From positions 793,172 through 857,171 of the forward strand of contig CAJINV010000022.1 in NCBI GenBank assembly GCA_905178155.1: a DNA stretch of 64,000 nucleotides, read 5' to 3'. Below the pieces are notes generated by a model. The model worked only from the letters and a program-made list of their open reading frames with translations. It did no database searches and had not been told where the DNA came from. Origin of the DNA: Amoebophrya sp. A120. Lineage: Eukaryota; Protista; Dinoflagellata. Below, piece after piece: positions 32,645-43,788 of the stretch. Numbering within the stretch: the first letter of the stretch is position 1; each line of letters opens with the position of its first letter. Made by a program: the position numbers and the translations under genes.

Positions 32645-34540
32645 TCACAGATCGTCATCCGAGTCGTCTTCGTCTTCAGTATCAGTGTCCTCCGTCACGT
32701 TTTCCATCTCGGTGACTTCCAACGCAGCTGCCCCCAGCTCCGCGTCGTCCCACCAGCGAGCAAACTCGCAGGTAAAACCGACATAAACCACAATGTCGTA
32801 TGGTGCCGTCTTCTTCTTTCCAAGCACGGCCCGTATGTTTTCGAACCGGCTGGTGTTGTCACGGAAGGCTTGGCGCCGCACTGCCTTGAGTAAGTCCCGG
32901 AACCGCTTGTCCCACAGCCCCAGGGTCGCAGCTCCGGTAGTGTCGTCTCCGCCGTTTGCGCAGCTGAATATGAACTGCAAAAGCATCGCAATAGTATGAA
33001 TTGCGTCACAAATTCAAATTCATCCGCCAAGTACAAAAAAGCAATTTGTCATACTCCTTCGGGTAGAAAGTTGGGCGTGTCATGCATGATTGCAATTGCT
33101 ACTAGTCGATGCTTTTGCAGTGGACACTGAAAGCTCCCCAACCGTACGCCATGTTCAACGTGCGTTTTGGTCCGCGCCCGAAAGAAACGCCGCACTCCTT
33201 CCTGTAGCCCAGGTTCTTCGGCAGCCTTTCCCCTTCGTCCAAGGCGTGCTCTATCGAGTTCTGCAGGATCAAGAAGAGCTTCATCCCTGAGAAGGGTCCG
33301 CATACTTTCGTGCAGGAAAGGAAGAACTCGTGTCTGCTGACCTGTCTGCGGCGTTTTCCGTCCGTCTTCTGCAGCTTCAATACGTTGGTCTCCATTTTCG
33401 CAAAGAGGTGGTCCTGCATATACTTGACGTACGCCGCGTCCGGGTCCTCGTCCTTTTTACCTTTCTTACCCCCGGCAGGCATGTAGAATTGTTCTTTTTT
33501 GCGGTATTTCTGCACGCATCCGGGTTCAGACAAAAGACGCTTTGCTGAATGCAGCATGCGCTCGGGGTCGATTGCGTCGCCGGCGTCGCTGTGGTGTGAC
33601 AAAATAAATACGTGAGTGAGAGTGGATGCGGGGCAAGAAGCTGAAAAAACAACCACCGAAACCGAAGGCAAACGGCATTTGTATAGTCAGAAGAAGAAAT
33701 GTGCGCAGAACAGCTGATGAGCATGATTTTCACGCATAACAACGAATAGACTGTACTAGGCTGCGGCAAATGTGAAAAGTTACTACTTACCTGCCCGCCC
33801 CGTCTGCCGCTCCACTCAGATCCTTTTCAAGATCATCCAGGAACTCGTCAGATGGGCTGCGCGCAAGAACCAGCGCTGTCCTGACGCGCGTGTTCCACTC
33901 TTCCCGCGCGGAGCTGCCCTTCGTTCCTTTTACGCAGCGGCTCACGAAGTTCATTCGTTTCGACCAGGCGGCACCTGGGGGAGTTTATTTTGGTGAATTT
34001 CCAAACGTAAAGGTAAAGCTGCAACCGGACCCATATTCTGCCCCGACCTTGCCTCACTCACAAAGCGCGAGACTGTGCCAAAGGATTTACCAGCGCTGCT
34101 TTTCCTCCTTATACTGGCCGACGCCGAGAACAGCTTCAAAAATGCAAACTCTTGGTTTGTGGTAGTGGCCCCACAAAGGAAAGCACTGCACTAATTTCGA
34201 ACGCAAGCAAACGACAAAAAAGGAGATCACCACACTCACCTTTGGCCTCTTGCTTCGCTTTTTTCCTGAGCCATGTTCGCGCGATTTGGAACTTGCACTC
34301 CATTACCCCCTTCGTTATCATCTCGGACCGGGGTGGGGGAGAACCCTTCCGCCTGTGAAAGGGGTTTGCGTACCTAATCACGGTGACAGAAACGCTCTGA
34401 TCTGCCGGGGCCGGTTTGTTTGCCACTGTCTCGCCACCAAGTTCGCGAAAAAACCGGCACATTTCTTCGAGCCAGAACAGAAAAACGATCATGAACTGGG
34501 CTCTGTCTGCGGGCGCCCAGTTTTTTCCGTTCCCCGGCAT
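32645..34540 (-). CDS. Divergent aGPT-Pplase1 / 5-hmdU DNA kinase helical-domain-like protein (multi-exon)
   Basis: Ordered motifs FLFWLEEMCRFFRELGGE..IRYANPFHR, QFYMPAG, VCGPFSGMKLFLIL, VSFGRGPKRTLNMAYG, YDI..FTCEFARWW, then an acidic tail. GT-AG introns (donors ~34239, ~33790) and one introner. Confidence 0.55.
32969..33126. mobile_element. Introner family D
   Basis: tatgaactgcaaaagcatcg...cgatgcttttgcagtggaca; DR ctgaa/ctgaa; removal fuses ...GWGAFS to CANGG... in frame. Confidence 0.85.
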
Positions 34541-37158
34541 CGGTAGCAGGTGGGGGGCCGCGCGCTGATTTTGAGAGAAGCCGCTGTGAACGGAGGACGT
34601 TGGTGCAACACTGCTGCGTCTACTCGCGCTAATTATTGGAAGGCGAAGGTGGTTTTATTTCTTCGCGCAGAGACAGTCGCACGCACACCCTCGGAGACGA
34701 AGGCAGGCCCATTTGGCCAGGGTTAACGGGCGAGCATGCGAAGCAACATCTTGGATGATTGGCAACGTTTTTTAATTTGGCCGCTTCTACCTTGGACGAA
34801 TGGCCTCGGTGTGATCGTTTCTTTCTATCCTTGAAGGAACTAGATCCGACTGGCGTTCAATTATGGGTCTACTGCTGGAAAAATCGCTTGCGTCCATTCT
34901 ATCTAATACTGGCCACACACACTCCCGAGCTACGTACGCGCAAAACCTGGGGAGCCAAGCAGCGATCTCTTTGCGGCCTTGCTTTCGATTTTCTTGCGTT
35001 GGTCCTCGCTTTCGTGCGTCTGCTGATGCTTGTCACGTTCATACATAGCAGCCACCTGCCTGTCCAACGCTGAACAGAGAAAACAACGGCGGCAACCTTC
35101 GCAACGAACTGGAAGGGAGAACAACCTCTGCAGCCCTCTTCTGACTTTTTAAACATTCAAATGCAACCGCGCAAGGCGCGCGCCACCAGGGCCCAGCTTA
35201 AGAGGCGCGGAAGCCGCTCCGGCGTTGCTAGGCGGGGCTCCTGGGTGCGTGCCCGCCGGGGCGGGCGGCCACCACCGCGAGCCCAGATAGGCGCCGCCCC
35301 GCCAACGGCCAGAGCAAAAAAATGTTGGCGGCGGGCGGCGCGGGGCCGCGGCGGGGGGGGCCGATAACATGCACCACCGGCCGCCTGGGGCCAGCGCCAC
35401 AACGCGCGGCCGGGCACGCCCCCTTGGCCTGTGTGCCAAACTGCTAGCGGTGCCGGGGCACAAGCCAACTGCACACGAATGACGCGCGGACGGGTGAAGC
35501 GACACACCGGAAGGGCCGGGCCGGGGTCGCGCGCGAAGGCAGGCTGCGCAACGGGCGCAGGGAGGCCGGGGAACTAGGCGGCGGCGCCACCCGCGCCGCC
35601 AGTCTGCCCCTCGCCCTGGGCTGCGCCCGTGTTCAAGAAGGGCCTTGGGGCTATTCCGGCCCCTGCGCTCGCTGCCGGAAAGCAATGTGGATGGATGCGC
35701 GGGGCGCCCCGGCGCTGCTCCGCACCAAATAAAGCGCGCTGCGGCTTTTCCGGCAAAAAAGCCGGGCCCGCGGCGCCATCGATAAAAAAACGGGGGGCGA
35801 GCCATGCTGCGCCCGCTCCTGAGCCCACCATCAAGAGCAAGCGGGCGGCCTACCCTGCGCGCCTGTCCTCTAAAATAGCCGGTGAGGCGGGGAGCAGGGC
35901 GGGCCGCTTCCTACCTTGACAGGCACACCTGCGCGCCGAATCGAAAAAAGAAAGGTCGCGACAAACTGCCACGAAAATCCAGCCGGCATCCCCCAACCTG
36001 CGGCGGGGCCCACCGAGGCTGGGCGGCGCTGGGAAGAAACGAGGGGGGGCACACGGCGGCGGGGCCCAGGCCTCTAAAATTGCATGGCGTGCGGGGGGTC
36101 GGCAGTTTGTTTGGCGAAGGAAAGGGGGGCAACATAGGCGAGCCAAGGAGGGCACGGAAACAGGAGAGCGCCGCCGGGCAAGACTGCGCGGCACACTGAG
36201 GAAAGGGTCCTGCGGGGCGCCTTTTTCTGTCCAGACCGCAGCACCGCTTCCGCTGGTTGTGGCAATTACAACGGCGCACGAAATTACGGCAGCAGGCGCT
36301 TTGAAAAGAAAAAAAGACTAGCGCGCCCGGTAAAGAAAAAAGGCGCGCCTATCTACCTTTGCCCCAAAGCTTCGTGCCGGCGCCTGGCTAGACCAAAAAT
36401 GCCGCCGGCGCCGGCTGGATCGCCTGAACTTTTCGGCAAGCCTCTTCCGCGCGCGAGCTGCGGCGCGAACTCCACATGAGCGCGGACACCGAAATAACGG
36501 GTCAGGGGAATTCCCGCGCTGGGTGCATCGAGCAACACTTTCGTCCGATGTTCGAAACAGATGATGATGAACTTCGCAAACAGCTACTTACAACATGCCA
36601 TCAGATGAAGGATCATACTTTTCACGTGCGGGCCTTAGCGTAGGAACCCTGAAGCCGGCGGCCTGCTGGGGCAGGCCTGACACACACACCAGCCACGTTT
36701 TTTTCTTTATCTTTACTTCTACCTACTACTACTTCAGCACTCTGGTGAGCTATGTATTGCTAGCCTGGACTTGCTTGCTTGCTTGCTGAAGTCCGCGACA
36801 ATGGTACGCAGCACGCCGGGCCGCGCAACGCTTTTACGCGCCGCGACCTACTCGAGGCCACGACGCAACGCTGCGGCCACAACACTGTCCACCTGCCTCG
36901 CGTCTATCTCTAACTATACTCGAAGTTGACGTTGACGAAAGCATAATACTATCGGCACCTGTCGCGCGATTTGCTCACGTGCGTCGATAGCCATGGAGCT
37001 CACTGGGGAAGGAGTTCATGCTTTGGGGCTATACATAGCGTTCTTTTTAAGGTATGCAATACTGTTTGGAGCCAACGAGAAACTTGCGACTCGGTCGGTC
37101 TTCTATTTTTTTGGTGCCATTGATTGAACTAGAACTTGAGGAAAGGAGAATAATGTAG

Positions 37159-38254
37159 CTAGAGACTTGGAACGAAACGAGGACGGAAAGGCGCGAACCT
37201 CCGCGACCTCGTGCGACATCCCTTTTTACTGCTGGACACAATCGCTGTCCTTGCAGGGCTGGAGCTTCTTTTCGCTGCGCTCGGGCTCTGGTTCATCGCT
37301 GTTCTTGCCACTGCAGTTCCGCGAATACGGGCCAAAGCGGAAGGGGGCGTCGGCCAAACCCAAGCTCGCATGCTGCTTGCGCCCACGGTCGGCCAAACCC
37401 AAGCCGCGTCGGTTATTTCCACCGGGTCCAGAGCGTGGTAGACTGGGCGGACCGCTGGCACTGCTACTGCTTGTTCCGCCACCGCCAGAGGACGTTCCGG
37501 AGTTACCACCACTTGCTGGGCCGCTACCACCACCACCACCACCTCCGCCGCTGCCACTTCCCCCACCATGTCCTCCTCCTCCTCCTGGTGCTCCGGGGCC
37601 GCCGCCACCACCTCCGGCGGCGCGCTCCCGGGCGGCCTGCGCAACCAGGTTGTCGATGCTACCTGCTAAGTTTTCGACGTTGAAGAAATGCTCAACAGCA
37701 TGGCCCTGGTTCTGTTGCGGGACAAAATAACAGCACTTCTAGCGAGGTTGAAAGCAGCTTTGCGATTCGAGTGAGAAAAGGGGCCAAGATGCATGACAAA
37801 AGGAGCAAACATAGTAGGACAATACCACTCAGCTTGAACGCGCCATCCGTCAAACCCATCAGCTCCAGGTGCTGCCCTAACACAGCGCCAACCTGTAGAA
37901 TTTTCATTCTTCACGATCGTCACGATTGTCAAACGGAATCAATGCCAACAACGCATGCTGAAGAACTGACGGTAATAGAAATAGTTTCGGAAACGCGACA
38001 TATTTTCGAGAAGTTCGAAAGCGCAAAGCACGAATAATTCTAGTACGTAGTCGCGAAAAAATGGCAATAATTTCGAGAGTAGATGCGGCGCTATATTTAA
38101 CGCCAAGTGCGTAGACATAATACTTTTCTGCAAAGGGAATAAATAGTACTAAGCCGATGCTGTTGCGCTCTGCCTGGCGGCTGTTCCGCTGCAGTCTGCC
38201 AACCTGGTCCTTCAGGCGAGCCAACTGCTCCTCGGCCGAGCGCTGCTGTGGCAT
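37159..38254 (-). CDS. Probable multi-exon or fragmented gene with AP2-like DNA-binding domain (37666-37932)
   Basis: NENSTGWRCVR....GWRVQAEW...MHLGPFS...KAAFNLARSA resembles the AP2 pattern N.SG.RGV..W.A.I...HLG.F...AA..A; exon joins not resolved. Confidence 0.45.
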
Positions 38255-39481
38255 TTTCACTGTTCGTTCTTTAGCCTTAGTTTTTACGCCCTAGTAGAGA
38301 AAACCAGCGCCGTCAGTGTGCGCTTGATTGTTGTGCTTTCCAACCTCTCTCGCTGGCTCGCAGGGTTGGGTGGCCGTTCGAAACGCTTCTAGTGCTAGCA
38401 CCCACGTACCCAAAAACGAATCAGAAGTGGGTCTCTCGGTGGCTGACCTTTCTCAAACAAGAATAGTAACAATGTGCCGCCTGGAACGAAGAAAACAACA
38501 ACAACGTGCTGCCTGAGCCTTCGTCGAAACGCCGAACCAAAGAACACGACCACCAACGGGGCCGGGGGGCAAACACAATACCCACACACAGGCACTGCGG
38601 GCCTCTTCACTTCAAGGCGGGCGCCTGGACGAGCGCGCGAGCTCGGCTTTGACTTCAAGTAGCTGCTTTTCGTGCGTCACTCTTTAACTTCTAAACGTTT
38701 GCTTCGGTTCTTCTTCTTTTCGGGCAGCAAACAAATGCGTTTTGATTTTGCAGCGGCGTTCCTCTTTTTACAAATGAACGCCAGCTCTGGGTCCGGGGTA
38801 GTGACAGAGAGACATCGACTTTTACGCGAACCAATGGAACAAGAAGTGCCCAGCTACGATAAGTAGACGCAAACACGCTGGCTTTACTGCTTGTGCTTCA
38901 CCTGCAGGAACTTCTCTTCACTTATTAAAAGCACTGTACGGGTAAACTTCTACTTTCAACAGAACTAGAATTAAACTCTGCTGTCACTTACAAACGTCCG
39001 TGCTCGTTTCACTATGCTAAGAACCAAAGACCGGGAATTCGTGCTGAAACTAATACAAAGAACGCGCACACTGTTGGGGTGTGTCCGTAGAGGTTGAAGA
39101 CAGGTTTCGGGTTAAGATTACGTGCTAAAAAGACATACAAACTCCGCGGCGACTGCTTGCTAGTTCGAGAAGTGTAGCGCAAGAAGTGATGAGAAAGATC
39201 ATAGTCGGGAAAGCTACGTGCTCGCCCACAATCGTCCATGTTGCAGATAAAGGCACGGAGGCCCGAATTTGCACCAGCGACGAGCTTTATACCATTTTGA
39301 TTTTCTATCTAACTTTCCACGCCGCCAGCTTTGCAAGCTACTGGAAATCCAGTTTCATTTTTTGGAAGCGACGATGCTGATCCTATTGGTGGAGAAGAAG
39401 TTGAAGCGTTTCGATTTTCCTGGAGTGCTGCGGTTTGATCGCGGTAGTTACTGCGAAGACCGACTCCGTACCCAACTAGAG

Positions 39482-42400
39482 TTAACCCGCTTTGGGCTTT
39501 TTCGCGGCGTTGCCACCCGCAGCGGACCCCGTGTTGTTTCTGCGGTTGCTGGAGGAAGTGTTGTTCACGCGGCTGCTGGAAGCGGTGTTGTTCACGCGGC
39601 TGCTGGAAGAGCTGCTGGAAGCGCCCTGACCGAAGTTGACCCCCGAGGCGGTGGAAGCACTGGAGCTACTGTTTCCGCCCGCACGCACCTGATGTTCTTC
39701 TTTGGTATTCATTGAGCAAAGCATAAAGTTGGTGGCCCGCCTACACAAAGCCCAGCCGGTATTCTTGCGGCGGGCTTTCGTAAATGAGTGATGAAATTGC
39801 GCGCAGTCGGTCAGCAAGCTCTCTATTGCAAACGGATCTTTTTGAGGGTGCCCCATTACAGTCAGCGCCGCCATGCAAAGCAAACTCCGATCATATTTAA
39901 ATAATACCTTTTCGCCGGGCCCGCTTCCGACCAAAGTGGTGCGGAGGTCTACCGGAGCCGAAATCGTGGGTCGGGACACTGGCGGACCGGTGCGGATGTT
40001 GGCACCGGAGGCATTGGGGGCGTTACCTGTGTTTTATTTTGAAGAACGTTTGTAGTTGGCGTCACTGCTACTGAGCGAATCGATCTACTGAAAGCATCGA
40101 CCCACGCAAGACGTGGTGGCTAGCACGGACGGAGCATTCAAATAATGGAACGGAAGATCGAGACGATCACGAACAAAAGCACCTCCCACAGCGGGCCCAC
40201 CTTTTCCATTGCCCTTCCCGAAGGACAGGGGCTCGTCGCCGACAATGCCGCGGACGGAGACCGCGGACGCCTTCGGCTCCGCCCGGAGCGTTTCCCGCTT
40301 TGGCTTTTGCATGACCACGTGGATCAAGTCGCCCAGCGGCTTGGTGTGCACGATGTGGTAGCTGCTGAGCATCGCGGAGGCGTCGACCAATGCCTGCGCC
40401 GGCTCCATATATTCGCAGGCATCGACGCGCTGCTCGACGGCAGTAAGCTCCTGCGCGCAGTTTCGGTCCCAGTACGCTTTCAAAAATTTCACCTGAGTAT
40501 AGTGCGCCGGAAATCGTCATGCTGCTGCACATGGATGCCCTTCCCAAGAATGGGGCCCACGTCATCAGCAAATCAGCAAAAAAGTAGAAGCACTAGTATC
40601 AGCAAAAAAAGTAGTAGAACGCAATTTATCGGAAAAGCAAAAATCTTAGCACCATCGTAGTTTCCTTCAATCCAGTCACTCGGTTCTTCACCTTCATTTC
40701 AAAGTCTTCCGCTGTCACCGCGTCATTGAATTTCGCCGAGTTGAACTTGAGGATTTCCAGACGCACTAAGTGCGGCAGCAAGTCACGCTTGTCGTGGGAG
40801 TACGCCTGCTCCACCAAGAGGGCGCTTGCGCTCAAAATCTCCAGCGACTGGGTGACACAAAAATAATTTTGATGGGCGGAAACGAAGGCCTTCGTTCGAA
40901 AAATCCGCGAACCGTCGGCCACTGTTCGGAGGAATTCCAGGTGGTCACCGAGCCTGTTGATATAGTAAACAGGGGTCAACAGCTGGAAGTCAGTGGGCGG
41001 ATAAGTTGCAAACAGGAGGAATAGTAAAGGAATCAACAAGAGCGTGCATAATATAAACGGGAACTGGAAAAAACCAAACTAAAAAGAAGCTCGCATTATA
41101 TACGCCTCAACAGCAGCCCGGTCCTGCTCTTTGGCGTCCACCAGGGCGGTGGAAAGTTTCCCTATGCAGGCGGCGACCTTGTCCACTAGCAAAAGATAAT
41201 CCTCCTCGGCTATCTGGATCAGCTTTTTCAGGTATTGCACGTTCGAAGACGCGTACTTGCTTTGGGCCTCCAGGATGCCCACGGAGAGCATGAACGCGGT
41301 GGACGAGATAGCGTTGGCACTGCATTCCCGGTCCTGTTTCAATTCAACATGAAAACGCTTCAGAGTGCTTCTCACCTAACAAAACCCACAATCGCGACAA
41401 TCTACACAAATGGCAGCTACTGAACCGCGCAGAACTATCGATTTTCGACCACGAACAAAAAGTAAAACAACCCAAGGAACTATCTCACCGAGAGCGGCAC
41501 CAGCGTCGTCTTGATGGTCTCTAAACCGCGGCGGGAAACGAGCGCCCCTTCTCCGGTCTGGATGGCTTCCGGAAGGTCCGCGCGCAGGTTTGCAAACAAG
41601 CTGTTGTACTGGTTCGGCTCGCTGTTGCGAAAGAACCGCCCGAGCGCGTCCGTTGCTTCCAAAGACCCGAACAACCTCCATTTGATTTCCGGCGGCGCGG
41701 CGAGCACCTCGTTTGCAGCCACCGCCCTCCAGCGTGCCGCCACATCCGTGACCGTTCTCTCGTAGTCGAGGATATTCTGCTCCGACTCCAGGTGCTGGTT
41801 TGTGTTTCGGAACAAATATAAAAATCGAACTCAAAGAAACGGCTGGGCAGTGTGGCCCGGAATGAAATGCAAACTTGTTCGAGCAAAGATGTATTCTGGA
41901 ATAGAATCACAACTGCGCGCGTGTTTGATTGTAAACTTACCGGTCTGAGCGCGAAGTACGCCGTCCACACGTCGTTCGTGGCGACCGGTGGTTCTTTCTC
42001 GTCATCCGGCTCGTACTTCATGCGGAACGCATCGGTGAACATGTGTTTCTTCAACTCCTCCGCGGAGCGGCCCAGCACACAGATTTCAAAGCGCAACCAG
42101 CGCAGCACCGGGGATAGCATCACGTAGTCCCAAGAATTCTGCAACCTGATGTACAAAAATTCGCGGGATATCACGGCAGCAATCTAGTGTCAGGCCGTGG
42201 CCACTGAGAGATGTGTCGTTGCTACAGCATCCGGATGGGACGCACCTACACAAGAGATCAAAAAAACCGGACGCACCTACACAAGAGATCAACAAGACCT
42301 GTCTCCAAACACAAAAAAAGTACCACTCCTTCCATGCATCCAAGTCGAGATTCTTCAAATGCCCGAGAGCGACGTCGAACAAGATGTTCCCCAGCACCTT

Positions 42401-42900
42401 GACGAATGCAGTGCGAAAACTATTTAAAAACGAGGGCAGCCACAGAAGCACAAGTAGAGCACGAGCCGCAAAAATACACAGCTGCAGGCACGCAGAACAA
42501 GATCCCGCGCCGTGCAGTTCCTTGCGTAATGAACTTAGAGTCTATTAGGCTGCATGCAAACGGCTGAAAGGAGAATCAACTGCCCCCGCCCCTACCTATT
42601 TCCAAACGAGTGATAACATGGCCGCGGGGAATTCGATCGGAAAAAACTTGTGCATGTTGATTCTGTCCTGGACGGGAATCCCATTCTGTTCCTCCACCGT
42701 TGGCAGCTGGCCGACGAACCACGCGTAGAATTCGTTCTGCTGGTAGTCGGCACCCGGCAGCGGCACGGTGATGAGCTTATTCTTCACTTCGTTGTACACG
42801 CCCTCGATATCCTTCCAAACGTCCGTTTTGAAAGGGGGCACGGCCCGCTCAATCAAGGCCCGGGCCCGTTCCTGTACGTGGTTTTTGTTGTTCAAGGGGA
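39482..42900 (-). CDS. Multi-exon orphan gene (about 8 or more exons)
   Basis: Series of same-strand protein-like ORF segments (42596-42895, 42086-42451, 41521-42174, 41480-41815, 41079-41375, 40626-41039, 40085-40492, 39482-39979) separated by short AT-richer gaps with GT donors. Confidence 0.6.
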
Positions 42901-43788
42901 TAGCCTAAAACTATTCCGCGTGGGTGGCCCCTGCGTCAAGGTTTAGAAGAAATCAAACGCGCGGAACCATGATTCAAGGCGGAAGACCACGCAGAACGCC
43001 ACGGGCTGTTTGCCAAACCTGTTACGGAGTGCTAGCGCGCTCCCGCGGCCGATCTGCATCCCAGCAAACAAAGAAGTGGCGGGCGGGCGGGGCTGAGGCT
43101 GTCGGCGCAGACAACAAAATGAAAAATATAAAGCCGTGCTGCCTGCCGCCAGAAGCAGATAGGCCAGGCCGCGACCCCATCATGCCTGGTTGGTGTTATC
43201 GGGATCGGCCTGCAAGCGCGGAACCCCCACCGCCTTCGCCCAATCCATGCCCCCGCAAAGGCCGAGTCAATGCCCCCACCCGCCTAACATGGCTCCGCCC
43301 CTCGGGTGCCCAAAGTGCGGCGGCCTTGCGAAGACCTAAGAAAACCGGCGGGGGGGACAGAGGCTTGCTAGCTTCGTCCGTGCGGGGGCGCCGCGCGCCA
43401 ATGCGCCAACACAGCAGCCCCCCGCGGCTCTGGCCCCACCGTATGCTAAACGTCCGCCAGCCCGGGCGACAAGGCGGGCAGACGCGTCCCACGAAGCGCG
43501 GGCGCAATTCCGCGGGCGCAGTTTGCACACATTGCGCCGGCCCCGGCCAAGGCGGGCGGGCGCAACAGGGAGCCGGCCAACATTCACAAAACAGAATCAC
43601 GCGGGCCGCCGAGCGAAACATCCTTCCGGCTGGGGGCGCGCGGCCGAGGAAGCGGGCCGCGGCCCACCGGCTCGCTGTGCAAACCTGAACGCGCGTCGCA
43701 ACACGTGGCCCCTGCCGGGCCACTGGCCCTCCGTACTGTGGTCGGACGGGTCTTCTTCGTGTTGTTTTTCAAGTTTCATACTATTCCG

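Noticed and set aside
35149-36540. Overlapping ORFs in a GC-rich block (also 42924-44800 and 46151-49200)
   Set aside because: Stop depletion from high GC; low-complexity R/A/G/P products with no motifs
37167-37730. Formin-like poly-proline ORF on the plus strand
   Set aside because: No FH2 domain; the cca/cct repeats read equally as Val/Glu runs on the minus strand, which carries the neighbouring genes
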